Assembly: GCA_905178155.1 (NCBI GenBank)
Contig: CAJINV010000006.1
Location: 3,712,255-3,776,254, forward strand
Length of the DNA stretch: 64,000 nucleotides
Direction: 5' to 3'
Origin: Amoebophrya sp. A120
Lineage: Eukaryota > Protista > Dinoflagellata
Shown: positions 24,903 through 38,295 of the stretch, in pieces
Layout of the letters: each line of letters opens with the position of its first letter
Position numbering within the stretch: the stretch's first letter is position 1
The notes under the pieces: generated by a model
Database searches by the model: none
What the model saw: only the letters and a program-made list of their open reading frames with translations
What the model was told of the DNA's origin: nothing
Translations under genes and position numbers: made by a program

Positions 24903-25661
24903 TTTGGAACGCGAAGGACAATAGGAGTGCGGTACACGAGACAGCTTCCCTGCGGTTTGGAATGGAACAAAAAACTTCAAAAGCACCAACACACAGTTAC
25001 AATTTTTAAGTCGCTGGGAAATAGTATCATTGGTTGCTCACGGTTTATAAATTATACCTTCGGCTCGTCTGAACTCCACTCCAACACAAAAAACTCATCT
25101 CAATACTCTCGCTGAGCTACTTCTTTAGTAAGTAGGAATGCAATAAAAACCCGGAGGAAGTCGCCAAGTTACGCTACTTTAGAATTTTCATTTTGTTTCT
25201 CAACCTGGCCAATGCTCTCCTCCAGCTCAGGAATGTCGCTCGTCGTGTCTTCTTGTAGACAAAGATTATCTCGGTCTAATGTGTCCTGAGGAACGACCCG
25301 AACACGATCTTATCGAACAATCTCTACGCAAGAAAGACTCGAAAAATCACGAGCCTCGCACGACCAATAATTGATTGATAAAATCGAAGGCGCGGTGGTG
25401 AGACGTCTACAGACACTACCTCCTTGTGGTAGAAGGAGGAGCAGTCTAAAGTTGTCACACTCACATAGCACAAGCAACAATCTAGATGATCTTCATCTTG
25501 TCGAATCGACGGTGGCAAGCGCCAAGCTACATATGATGTTCGCATTCCTTCGGGCTTCCAAATGAGAGTTGTAGATCTACTTGCGTATCACAAGAAATAC
25601 GAATTGCCATGATGATGATGATGATGATGTTACGGCCACCTTTACATTCTTCCGTTCAGAA

Positions 25662-28600
25662 TCACAGCTCATCCCCCGGTTGTTCAACATCGTCGTCCCA
25701 ATCATCATCGAGGTCCTTCTCCTCCGTGTCCTTCCGCTATGACAGTGCACAGCTCCCCCTCCCCCTCATTTGTATAGCATGAGCGGCAATACAAGCATCA
25801 CCAAGCGTGCCGGATTTGCATGACAGGTTTGCTCTGGAGTGTAGTGCTATTTCGGCTACCAGAACTTGTCATGCAAACAGTGCCAAGAGACAAACGGCGG
25901 ATTGGGTATTTTGCATGACAAATGAGGGGGGGGGAGTTCTGCATTGTCATATCCGCATGACCTGCTTTCGGCTCTTTAAATCCGTGGACAGAAACCGCAA
26001 CGCCTTGGCCACCGCCTCGAAGGACTATGAGAGTGCACAACTCGTCCCTCTCCCCCTCATTTGAATTTGAATTTGCAATGCAAAAACTAAAACCCAAATC
26101 CAAGGGCTTTCCTGTGGCACTGTTTGCATGACAGATTCCGGAAGATGAGGCCCGAACAATACTACTACATGGGCGCGTGAATTTGTCATGCGCCACAGGC
26201 TCCACGTGTGCTGGTCCTGGTGTTTGTATTGCTGTCCACGCAATACAAATGAGGAGCAGGGGGAGTTGTGCACTCACTCATAAGGACTCGTTATCCCCCG
26301 TTGACGCCAACACGGCCGCCAGCGATTCTTTCGTCTTGGACACCGTGGCATGCATTGCAAAAGTGTCTGGGTCTGAAAGGATGCAACTTGTGATGCTGCA
26401 TTAGCATTTGGATTCTACAAAAATCTGTAATGCATGAACAGCAAAAGAGGCCCAGTTTTTGCCACGACGAGAGGGCATTTCTCATGCGGTATGAGCATCA
26501 GAAAGCCCTCGCAGAATCGCTGATGCTAGGGCATACATCACCGACCTCATGGGTCATGCAAAATCTGCATGACAAACTGCTGCACTCTTCCAGACCCAGA
26601 CATTTTTGCAATGCATACGCGGCAGTCGTCATTTGGTGCAGGTCCTTAAAGAGCTGCCGCAAGGCGCCGTCTTCGGAAAAGACACGCAGACATCCTGTGT
26701 AAAAGCCTTCCCACCCACACAGAGTTGTAATGCTAAAGGAATTGGCATTTGTAATGCTGTAAACAGGATGAAAAAGCGGCTTTCTCATGCGACTTCCCTT
26801 GCTAGCCAGCACTACACTATTTCGAAGCTTGTCATGCAGAACTCCCAAAACTTGAGGATTTGTGTTGCCGACTTCCCATCTTGACTATAGTGTGGGGACG
26901 TAGTTTTTGCACACGATAGCAGGCCCTCCGAGGTTAGTTCCTTCAGGGCCTTGGGAAATTTCGTCTTCCGTTCTTCGTGCAGGATCGCAGTCGCGCAGAA
27001 CCTCACCGAATTGATCAACGGGCCGTTCCGGTCGTGGAAAAAGGCGCGTCCGAAGTAGGTCATCACAAAATCCTTCACCGACCTATGGCGTTCTCAAGCG
27101 TTACATTATCAACTGTTACCCGAATTTGTACTGCGAGAATAGCAAAAATCAAAGGGGGGAGGCTGCACCTGTAGCATTACAAATTCCGCACAGATTTACG
27201 CGCTGTTTGGCCCTTCACAAATTTGTCATGCGAAGCAGCTCCATAGTGTGGATGATCATCATCATGATGAGGGTAGTTCTGCATAACAAATTCATGTAAC
27301 AGCTAAGAATGTATCAGTTGAGAACGCGATACAACCCCGTTATCCCGGTGCTCCACCCGATCAACGACCATCCTGAGTAAAAAGGCCCCCACACCAGACG
27401 AATCAAGATAGGAATTTTGCAACACAAACCTAGGAGCTCTGGGAGTCACGCATGACAAGTTGCGCTCCGTAGTGTAGTGCAGGTTAGCAAGTGCAACCGC
27501 ATCACAGCTCCATCTGCTTATCCTGTTCACAGCATCACAAATTCCAAAACACGATTGGAAAAGTCTACAATGGGTAAGCGCATCACAAATGTGCTCCTTG
27601 TCATAGCAAATCTGCATGACAGCTCTGGGGTGGGGAAGGTTTTCTTCAGGATAGCGACAGCCAGTTGTTCGTGAATTCCCGCACCTTCTCTGCCAGCTCC
27701 GGTATCATATGTAAAAACGTCCCCACCCCATGCTCAAGATGGGGGATCTGCTACACAAATCCACAAGTTTTGGCTGTCGAGCATGACAAGTTCATCTGGC
27801 TCGCGTTGTAAAAATCCTGTTTAACTAGTGCCACCGCATGTTAAATTGAGTATCTTATCCTGATTCTAGCATGACAAACTCTCAGATAGCATAATTAGAA
27901 AATGGCTCTCATGGGGCTGCGCATGAGAGACAGTTTAGGCTTGCGGATTTGCATGACAACTCTGGAGTGGGGACGTTTTTACAAAGGATATCCGGCTGGT
28001 TCAGGTTATCCACTTCTCGCGCTACGTTGCCAAAATGGGCGATCAACCCGTCCTATCAAGTGCAAATGAGTCTGGGTCTGGGAGACTGCGAGAATTGTCA
28101 TGCTAGTCTGGCATGACACTGGAATATGTGTTGCGTGGCCGCATAGAACTCCTCTTGCTTGTCATGCAAAGAAAACGCAGTTTCTCATGCGGGGTACGCA
28201 ATTCACAACCACGAAAAAACTTGTCATGCTTGGCAGCGCATCACTGCCTGCTCGCTATTCCTCTCCTTGCATCACAAGTTTAACATTCCAGACCCAGGGA
28301 TATTTGCAATCCATACGTCTCGAAATTCGCGCACCCCGTTCAGAATTTCCAGGTAAGATATCAAATGTAAAAATGTCTGGGTCTGGAAGATTGCTAGGTC
28401 TGTCATGCATATTTTGCATGACCTGTGATGTCTGCGATGTATGCCCCAGCATCACAAATTGTTTGCGGGTATGTTGATGCCTATCCCGCATGACAAATGC
28501 CCTCTCCGCGGGGCAAAAACTGGACGCCTTTTGCTGCTCATGCAATACAGATTTTGATTTTTGTAGATTCCAAAAATAGCATTACAAGTTGCATTCTTCC

Positions 28601-28778
28601 AGACCCAAGCAGTTTTGCAATTCATATAAGAAGCATCTTCCTGCACCCCATCATTCTGATCCTGGTCCGCTTCCTTCGCAAGCACCAATCCAACTGGAAA
28701 AAATGTGGTTGTCGTTGCAATCATACAGATTGTGGTCACCCCGACTAGGGCCACACGGCAACCAACGCGCTGCAGCAT
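25662..28778 (-). CDS. Hypothetical ~250-aa signal-peptide protein ending in GDEL (probable ER-lumen resident); 10 exons, 9 introners
   Basis: Exons sum to 753 nt with one open frame after removing 28359-28626, 28054-28315, 27703-27990, 27369-27653, 27084-27331, 26691-26918, 26349-26617, 26026-26282, 25738-25951 (each plus one DR). Ends DDDWDDDVEQPGDEL*. Confidence 0.8.
26026..26282. mobile_element. Introner, family G (TATGASAGTGCACAACTC..CCC TIR)
   Basis: TIR; DR aggac. Relatives at 25738, 41205, 42766. Confidence 0.9.
27084..27331. mobile_element. Introner, family H (TATGGCGTTCTCAA TIR)
   Basis: TIR; DR cgacc/caacc. Relatives at 37479-37710 and 49177-49411. Confidence 0.88.
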
Positions 28779-30096
28779 GCTGGTTCTTGTAATTGGCCGA
28801 AGATTTTATTTACGATGAATCGGGTTCACGTTCAGAACGACAAATAAGGTGATGATAATGAACGGAGTCCTTGCGAGAAGTGATGAAATTTCTCGAGATT
28901 TCAGTTGCCCTTCTAAGAAAGTAGGGGTGTCGTGTAGATTTGCCTAGCGACGAGAGGAAAACAAAACCTCTGTCTGATCAAGCTCCTCGTCCGAAATAAA
29001 TGATCTCTTTGTGGGAAATGTGCCTGTGTTATCGTACGAGGTTCTTCGCGTATCTTGATTATAAAGAACTTTTCTTTGTCTGCACCTAGAAGTGGTTCCA
29101 ATTCCGAACCGAGGTAGAAAAAGCGGAAATCAAAAATAAACATTGAAGATCACCAATACCATCGTCATCTAGACTCGTTCAGGACACAAGAAAAGTGTAT
29201 TAAAAGAGCCGTACAATTCAACAATCGGTGAAAAAGTTGTGCGTGAAAGTTGGCCTGCTTCTGCGGCGAAGAAGAATGATCACCGATTACTCATCACGAT
29301 CTTTGTTGCTCAAGAAAGTACTTCCGCGCCAAAAGCTACCTGTAGCGAGGCTACGGCATCGGCGTCAAGTGTAGTGCCAAAAAAAATAAAAATTTTCGTC
29401 ATTTCAGAAAAGCAGAACAAGCCGGCAGCTGGACGTGGTGTGCTCAGGCGAGGAAATTATATTTCTACATGTACTTCCGGAAGACCGGACTACTGGCGAA
29501 TTTGTTGTTCTTCGCGCTTCATTCTTGACACTCACTCCCCGGTCGATCTCCATCTACTTGTTTCTCCGCCAGCGCGTAGAACTCCTCTACTTTTTTTTCA
29601 AGAAAAATACGTCCTTGCAGTATGGTTTTCTTTTCGTCCACGGAAAAATCAAAATAAGTAATCAAATTAGATACCTCAAAAAGAAAAAACTAGGATTAAA
29701 TTGCAAATATTTGAAAGCAGCAGCTGCGGTCTTCAGTAGAAGTTGCTTAACTTGTTCTGCGATATGAAATTCAGACGAAAGCGGGCGAAGAGGGTCAGAA
29801 CGGTTTGCACTGCGCTAAAAATCTTCTGAATCACAGTAAAACAAACGATGTTCCGCGTGTTCCTCTGCGTGCGGGAGATTGATAAATGATGTCGCGAGGG
29901 CAAACCAAAATCAGGATGCTCCTACAACGACAACGTCTGGGCGGGAAACAATCATCAGAGCAAAACCAAAATCGTTTCTCTTTCTGTTGCGATCAACCAC
30001 CCGCAGAGACAATCCCAAAGGAACTGCACGTCGTGAAAGACCGCACGACCTGCTTCAGCACACCGGACCACTGCAGATGCAACTTCCGCATCTATA

Positions 30097-33000
30097 TCAA
30101 CGCGCCAACACCGTTTCCAGACTCTGACTCGCGAAATGCGCGACATCCGGATCGGAGTCCGATTTTGCCAGGTTTTCCAGCGTATCAAATGTAAAAATGT
30201 CTGGGTCTGGAAACTTCTGATGCTGTGTGGCGTTACATGAGAAGGCCACAATTGCTGGCTCAGCATGACAAGTTTCTGAGCTTCTAGGTGTTGCCTATTC
30301 TGCATGACAAACTACGTTTCTGCATGACACAAAAGTGGGGCTCTTTGGTAATGTGCATGACAGATTTAAGAGTCATGCCAGACAAGCATGACAAACTTGC
30401 ATTCTTCCAGACGCAGACATTTTTACATTTGATACAGCGTTTCCACGGCCCGCCGCTGCAGAAAATCACTCTCCATTGCTAGCGCTTGGAGTAACTGCGG
30501 TAAGGCGCTTGTCCAAGGAAAGAGATCCTGCGTCAGTGTACTTCTACTTCTCAAGTCAAATCTTGTTTTCATGATTAGCAACACAAATTTAAATCGCATG
30601 TCAGAGAAAAGGAAAACCGATGCGCCATCATATACGTGAAGTTATTCATGTAAACAACTGCCTCTTCTCTAAATGGAGTTTCAGCATGTTGACAGGCGCC
30701 TCTATCTTCCATGTACTTTTGCAGCACATAGTAGTGAGTTACACTGACACAGCTTTGTTATTATCTTGGATAACTCTAGCGACGTTGAAACGTACGTTCG
30801 GAACGGGATCCTCGGCGAGGGACAGAATTTTGTCGGCGATGCGGAACTGGAATGTAAATGGTGAGCAATTGTTACTACATCCATAAAAAAGGCATCTGTC
30901 ATGCGGAAACCGCATCGGTGTAATTGTTTGTCATGCGATGCACGCATCAAAACCAGTACCTGCACTTCCTCCACGTCTTTCTCGCCGTAATTCGCGGGAT
31001 CGATCTGAATCATCTTTGCCATCGCATTATGCATTTTTGCAAATTATGTGTCATCTCAGTCTGGATTTGTTATTGTAGATCCAAACGACGCAGATGCAGA
31101 AGATTTGTAATGCTTGGAGAGGAGTGCACGTCGACCAGGGGGGCACTTTGTCATGTATTAGTGTTGTTTATTGGACCTCCAATAACCTACCACCTCGAAA
31201 ACCTCCTTGCCATTTCCTCGTGTCGTATCAAAGAGACCACTCTGGCATGTTCATGTTGCAAGTATCAGCATACAAGTCGCGGCAACAAATGATCAGCTGC
31301 ATGTTTAATATTCGTAGTCCAGACCCAGATTTTTCATAATTCACAATTGATACGCTTGTATCGCCGTCACGCGAAGTATGCAACACAAATTTACCACATC
31401 AGAGTAGACATCTCCGCGTACGTACATCAAAGTGTGATCAACAGAGATAATAATTTCATCGAAAACTAACAGCTAGCAATGTCAGAAGAGGCAAGGGCGG
31501 CTCTCATGATGCTGTTCTGTATTTTATAACAACTAACGCACTACGAGAACAAGAGCCCGGTGGTGTGTTGAACAGGCTTGGTCAGCGTGAGCGTCGTGGT
31601 GCTAGTGCGGTAAATTTCCAGCGTGGATACGAAGCAGGTAGTTTTCGTGCGAGATCAGGTCCTTCTTATGAATCGCAAAAGTAAATCGTACTCGTGCAAA
31701 TGCATTACAAATTTCCGCAGCATTTCAGTTCATTATCATTTCATTGAGAAATGAAAATTTCCTCAGCATGAGAAATGAAATTTGTAATGCGGGCTTGCCT
31801 GACGAAAAGGATTTGTAGTGCATGACTGCAATTACTACGAGTGCGATACTTTTGCACAGGATACTTCTCGATCTCCGGCAACACGTTCTCCTTGGTCCAG
31901 GTGGTACCCAGAATGTTGCCGAGCTTCTTTAGTTATGAATCGCAAAAATATCGTACTACGTATGAATTGCATTACAAATTTCCTTAGCATTACAAGTTTG
32001 AATTTGTAATGCGGATATGCCTTAACAGAAAGACTTGTAATGCGTAAATGCAATCACTACGAGTACGATACTTTTGCACAGGATATTAGTGAGTCGCAGG
32101 CTGCTTCTCGCACGAGGTAGACCGGGTCGCCCAGCCAGGTCTTTGTGGTACTCGAGGAGGCGGCAGTGTTGGGGTTTGGTGGCATCGTGTTGTTGGACGT
32201 TGTCATGCCTTGCTGGCTCATCATCGTCGTGCTAGTATTCACATCGCCCGATGAAGTGGCTGCTGTTGATCCTGCTTGGGTACTAGCAGCTATCAAACAA
32301 AAAAGTGTTAACGTTAACGGTTTTCACAGATGGCAGCTATGCATTACAAATTGTGCCTTCCATGCATGTTGCGCAATACAAATTTGGGCACCTTTTCTGA
32401 TGCGTTACTGCATCACAAATTCCATTAACGTTAACACTTTTTCTTGTGATAGCAGCTGTTCCTGCCGCAACGGCCTGCGCGCTGTTTTTCAGTGCGTACC
32501 AAATGTGCTTATGCAATGTAAATTTCCCGTACATGTACAAAATGTATGACAAATTTCGCTAACTTGCAGTGTGCAACTTGTCATGCTAGACTAGGACTGA
32601 AGGCAAGTGTTTTGTCATGCAGAGACTGCATTTGTACGTGTTGTACAGGAAATTTACTGTGGGTAATGCTCGGTAAAAACATCCTCCCCCAGCACCTTGG
32701 CCAGAATATCCACAGAAAAAGATCCATCTTCCCCATGATCCGTATTTTGCATCACAAACGCAGACCTTACTGCATGTTTTGCATGAGAAATTGCATGTGG
32801 ACAGATGTGTCTTTTTTTGTGGACACAGAACGGGGCAGCACTCCAAGACCGCGAGCCGCACCCGCCACTGCTTGTCGCACGACAGATATCCCACGAAAAA
32901 ACTGCTTCACTGTGAACTTGTGATGCAGAGAATGGAGCACAGAACGATTTGTCTTGCTACACCTGCAAGACATTGGATTTTTTAGCGTTTTTTCCCTTGG

Positions 33001-36000
33001 GAAGCGCGCATGGCAAATTTTCTGTGTCATGTGTAACAAACTTGTGATGCAGATCTTGCAAAGCCATCACAGTGAAACAGTTTTTTCGTGGGATAACAGA
33101 GCTTGTAGTGCTGGCAGTAAGGATTCGTTCAGGAGGGACACTCGGATTACCTTGGCCAGGTGCGGGAGATGCTGGATCAGCTGTAGCCGCACATCCGACG
33201 ACTCGTCGCGAATCAGCTCCAGGATGATTTTCGTGAGAATGGTGACCGTGACGTGTTTCCCGACGTAGGGAGAGAGTTTTAGCACCGCCTTCGAAAGTTC
33301 CTGTCGCACCTGTTGACTCGGATCCTTGGTCAGTTTCTGCAGGTGCTGTTGGATCAGCGTCGTCAACTGCGACGCTTGGGGAAACTGGTTATCGGAACCA
33401 CCTGGTATGCAATGCGCAAACGCATCGCGCGAGCAACTTCTAGATTCGTATAACAACAATTTGAGTTCTGGAGCAACATCATATAATCTCCAAACCGTAG
33501 ATGAAGGATGTTGTGTCGCGCAGATGAATCAACCACAGACAGCAAAACAGATCTACTGCCTTCATGCACCGGGTAGCTTTTGCTATTTTTAGTCCGAGCA
33601 CGACGATGCTTTTGCACTGCCTACCTGCGGCCAATTCGCTGGTGTCCAGGGAGATGGGAGAAGGTGTGATCTCCCCATTATTCTGCTTATTTGCCGCATC
33701 GCTGTCAGCGAGAACCTGGTTTTGATTTTTATACTCCCCTTCGTTCCTGACATTTTTTCTTCTGGCGTGGTACTAGCTGTAATAAATGGTCGCCGTTCAT
33801 TCACAACCGGGGGCTTGGTGGGTTAGGATTTGGACACAACTACAACTTGGTATGAATCAATAAAACAGAAAGTAGTGGCAAATGAAAATGTAAAAAAAAT
33901 CTTCATCTTGAACTACATTACAACGTATAGTGTGTACCTTCGCGACGCTTGGCAATTTGAAGACGGCCAAGCTCCTGACTTCCGGCTCGTTGTCTGTGAG
34001 TAGTTTCTCTAAAATCTTGCCGACATAGTCTGTTTATGCATTGCAAGAGTACAACCGCACCACTACGTAGGAATAATTGCACCTCCACAAACTTGAATTT
34101 ATTTTTACTCAGTGTAAAAAATACACTCAGGTTTGTCATGCTGATTGGATTCAGCTCGATAAAGGTGCGTAGATTTGTCATGCGTATCTGCAATCCGTAC
34201 GACTACGAATGCCGTACGACTACGAATGCCGTACGACTACGAAGGCCTCACGTACCCGCACAAAGGCAGCGGAGTTTGTCTACCAGCCTGCTCCGTCGGC
34301 CCTGGGCGAGGAAATACGAAAGCAGGGTCGAACAAGTGTGTTCCACGTAAGGAACCGGCTCGACACATGGAGCCGATCATAAAAACACACACACGCCCAA
34401 CTCGCTTCGGCAGGCGGGCGCGCGATAGGCCTTGTTCCCTAGCAGCTTCCGTCCTTGCACAGAGCGGGCCACCCGCTTGCCTGGCCTAGAGCACCAACGT
34501 GGCGGGTGGCAGGTGTCTCGGTCGTGGGGGCTCTAGAGCCTGTGGGGCGCCCCCTACCAAACGGCTAGCAGGCTATGCGGATCCCGTATCTGGTAGCGAC
34601 CCAAGTTGTGCGATAGCGGGCTAATAGCAGTTTGTGTCTGCCTTCGCTACAATATGACCAACTCGGCTATGTGTCGTGTGACCTACTTGCAGTAGGTCGC
34701 TTTGCGAAGGTACGTAACATTTTTGAAAGTTTTATTGGATTTAATCGTTGGGCGCGTTATATTTGTCATGCGTATCTGCAATCCGTACGACTACGAATGC
34801 CGTGCGGAGCCAGGAATGGGGCGTAGAAATGCCCTACCATCCTGAACACGAAGTCTCCGATCTGTATTGCACAAAAGCAATGCTGCAATCGAGTTTCTTT
34901 TTCGGCGGCGGCTTCGAATTTCTACGCCATCGCCTTGGCTCCTGCAGGAGGCGGCGTAGAAATTCCATACCGCCATGAGAGGGAAGTCTCCGACCTGTGA
35001 TGCACAAAGGCAACTGTGACTTTGAGACCGGACTGCTTTTCCCGGGGTGGTTTCGAATTGTCCGCCCCGTTGCCGAAGGAACACCCTGCGCCCGGCTGTA
35101 GCGCTTCGCGCACTAAGCCACTATGCGCGCGCCTGATGCGAGGCGAGGCCGAGGGGCGGACACTGTCCGCACTGATGCCGAACACCCTTCCCCCACTACC
35201 GCTTTGCGAACTAAGCCACTGCGCGCGCGCCTGATGTGAGGCGAGGGGCGGACTCTGTCCGCCGCGATGCCGAGCAATGTTCCTCCACTCGCGCCACTAG
35301 GGATGCGCACAAGGCCCCAGCGTGGGGACCCTGTCCCCACGCGTGGACCTTGTTTGTCATGCATATTTTCCATGACCAATGATGTCTGTGATGCATGCCG
35401 TAGCATCACAGATTTTTCATGCGTATCTGCAATTCGTACGACTACGAATGCCGTACCGTACTTTTGCATGTGATACCGCCTCCAGTGCGTTCGAGGCTGT
35501 TCGATCCTGTTGGTCCTCTTCAAGCTGCAGGTCGTTGTCTTTATGCAATACAAATTTCCCGTACATGTACAAGGTGCATCACAAACTTCACCGAACTTGG
35601 AATGTAACGCCTGTCATGCTAAACTAGGATCGGAGCCAAGTTTTGTCATGCAGAAACCGCATTGGTACGTCGTCGTGTACGGGAAATTTACTGTGGATAG
35701 TCTTCAATTTCCTTCAACAAACCTGGGACGAAGAGCTTCAGCAAAATTTCCGGGAGAAAGTCCGCCATCATGTACCGCACTCGCCAGGACTTGTCCCCTA
35801 TGCATTGCAAATGTGTCTGGGTCTGGAATGGTGCAACTTGTAATGCGCATTTTTCAACACACAAAAAATCTCTTATGCCTAGACAGCAAAACAGGCTGCT
35901 CACTTTGTCACCGGATTAGGTATCGAGGCACCTGCTCAAAACCTGTAATGCTGGGCCTTGCATGCCAGACCTCCTTGGTTATGGAAAAACAGCATGACAA

Positions 36001-38295
36001 AAATCTGCATCCTTCCTGACCCAGACATGTTTGCACTGCATATCCGCGACGGACTTGAGGAGGACCTGCTTATCCTTGCAGTAGATCGCGTTTTGTATTG
36101 CCAAAACCCGCACAGAGTCCTGCTCGTCCTCGGCTAGAAGCTGCATCAGCTGATTCAATTGCTCATGAATCGCCGGCGGAGTGGTGCTTATCCCAGCGCC
36201 GGTGTTGATGCTATCGCTTTGTCCACCTCTGGACATCCCTTGTGAAGTCAGCAGAACGTCGGCGACCTGGTTGGTTTACTGGAATTTGAAAATTTGTCAT
36301 GCACAGGACTTGTTCGCACACAGAATACAGGTTCTTTTGTTCATCTCATGCAGATCTGATATGCTTTATGGATTCGTGACACAAGGAACCCGCCCCGGTC
36401 ACTTACCTATGTAAGTAAAATTTTTTATGATAATCATAATTTCTTATTCTTATACTGTGACAAACTGCGCCGCGGCAGCTCTCCTGACCATGGGAGTGTC
36501 ATCGCGGCATAGCCTGGCGTACGCCGCCAGGTATTCAAACTCAGGCGGATCGGGTGGCTGCAGCTGCTCCCCAGCACCGTTACTATCCACTCCTCCACTG
36601 GCCGCGCTAGACGCCGTCGGGCCGAAATTTTGGTTCCACCACCGACTTATGGGTATAATCGTCGGTAGCAACGCTAGCGCGCTCATTCTGCTCGTAAACC
36701 AGTCGTGCTGGGCCAAGCGGTGGGTCAGGGACGCGAACTCCTCAAATAGCGAGGTAGACGACGTTTGATGCTGAGATCCTGGGTCCATCGCTGCCTGCTG
36801 CTTGTAAAACTCGGGAATCAAGTTCATGATTTTTTGCAAACCCGCCGTGGCCTGAAAATAGATTGCATTTGATTTTCATTTGTATTTCATGCTTATGGGG
36901 TGGGGTCACATAATTCATTCCCACTCGTTCGTCACAAGAAAAACACACAAGAAGTTGTTGTTGACAACTCTATGGTCTCTCTACTGATCTGACAACAAAC
37001 ATTTTATACCTTCCCCCTCACTATTGCTTCTTCCTTGTTGGCCAATTCTTCCAAGACTGGTATCAAGCAGTATGGGAGTGTCAGGATCGAAATTGACAAA
37101 ATTGAAATGATCTGTAATGCATATTATGCATTACAGATCATTTCAATTTTCTTGCTTTTTGCGTAGCATTTTATGCCATAAAATGCTACGCAAAAAGCGA
37201 CTCTATTGCAGAGGATGCAAGGAAGGCGGATTGTAGTCCTGGTAAGGCTTAGGTGTTGGGCTGCTGACTAGCATGACAGAAGGCAGCTCTTTTTCCCTAA
37301 ACCGCATGACAGATTCGCTTCCAGGACGGGGAGAATTTGCCATGCGCCGACTACAAACTGTGGCTCTAAGGGGCATCGATTTTGTGCATCACAAGTTTTT
37401 CGATTTTGTCGATTTCGATTCTGACACTTCCATAAGCAGCTCCCATACTGTATCCCCCCACAGAATTCCAACACAAAATATCACGTTCTCAAACTTTACA
37501 TTCACAACTGTTACACGAATTAGTAAAAATGCAAGAACAGCAACAGGCAAAGGGGCAAGCTTGCTGCTTTCGCATCACAGATTTACATGCTGTTTACCCC
37601 TTCGGAGATTTGTCATGCGAAGCAGCTTGGACGTCTGGTGGCGTAAGGTAGTTCTGCATGACAAATTCATGTATACAATTGAGAATGTAACCACGTTTGA
37701 GAACGCCATACAAAACGGCTATCTGAGACCTGGTCCGCCAGTTCCACGAGCAATTCCTCTTCATCGTCAGCAGCCACTTCCGCGGTAAGAAACGGAATCA
37801 GTTCTTCTCGTACCCGCTCTGGGCCCAGAGCAAGGGAAATGGTCGCCAGGTTCTCGATCGCATTTTTTCGCTGAAACAAGTGGTCCGATCGGAGCTCGTC
37901 GATCAGGATAGCAATGGGGTACAGATCGTCCATAGTCAGGTTTTTCGTCTTCACAGGGTGAATATCAAATGCAAAAATGTCTGGGTCTGGAACAGTGGAA
38001 CTTGTGATGCGTGTCTTGCATTCCTGGAAAATGAAAATCTGTGTTGCATGAGCAGCAAAAGAGGAGCTTGTTTTGTCGTGCAAAAACGCAGTTTGTGATG
38101 CGTGGTAGGCATCAGCAGGCGTCTCCAAAACTTGTCATGCCTGGCTGCCATTGCAAGCGTTTCAATCATGCTCAATTCAGCATCACAGATTTCCAGACCC
38201 AGACATATTTGCAGTGCATAGTGAAACTGCCCAGCCGCAAACTCCCCCGAGGCGGCGGAGGAGGACGAGCTAGACGGGTGGTGACCTGATACCAT
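30097..38295 (-). CDS. PPP2R1A: Protein phosphatase 2A scaffold (A/PR65, HEAT-repeat) subunit; 16 introners plus ~5 GT-AG introns
   Basis: LYPIAILIDELR, LALGPERVREELIPFL, DWFTSRMSA, DDTPMVRRAAA, DEQDSVR, DKSWRVRY, DNEPEVR, DESSDVR, DKQWRVRLA, WLGDPVYLVREAA, ENYLLR, DPVPNVRFNVA, DSDPDVAHFA..VLAR*. Introners: 37963-38220, 37479-37710, 37071-37434, 35799-36042, 35542-35699, 34035-35475, 33406-33623, 32887-33095, 32707-32825, 32510-32665, 32291-32451, 31934-32085, 31667-31863, 31377-31629, 31028-31352, 30183-30434. GT-AG: 36852-37009, 36267-36455, 33716-33937, 30847-30959, and one unresolved near 30545-30745. Start is 38295 or 37933. Symbol denotes the family homolog. Confidence 0.93.
30183..30434. 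mobile_element. Introner, family A, 252 bp
   Basis: DR cagcg. Close copy in the opposite orientation at 56876-57127. Confidence 0.93.
32291..32451. mobile_element. Introner, family J (TATCA..CAAAAAAGTGTTAACGTTAA TIR)
   Basis: TIR; DR gcagc. Relatives at 43033-43207 and 60155-60331. Confidence 0.9.
32887..33095. mobile_element. Introner, family E (TATCCCACGAAAAAACTG.TTCACTGTGA TIR)
   Basis: DR acaga. Relative at 59658-59867. Confidence 0.92.
34035..35475. mobile_element. Composite 1.44-kb introner with GC-rich internal repeats
   Basis: Ends TATGCATTGCAAGAGTAC ... GTACTTTTGCATGTGATA. Removal plus 5 nt restores LEA-DYVGKILEKLLTDNEPEVR. Confidence 0.8.
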
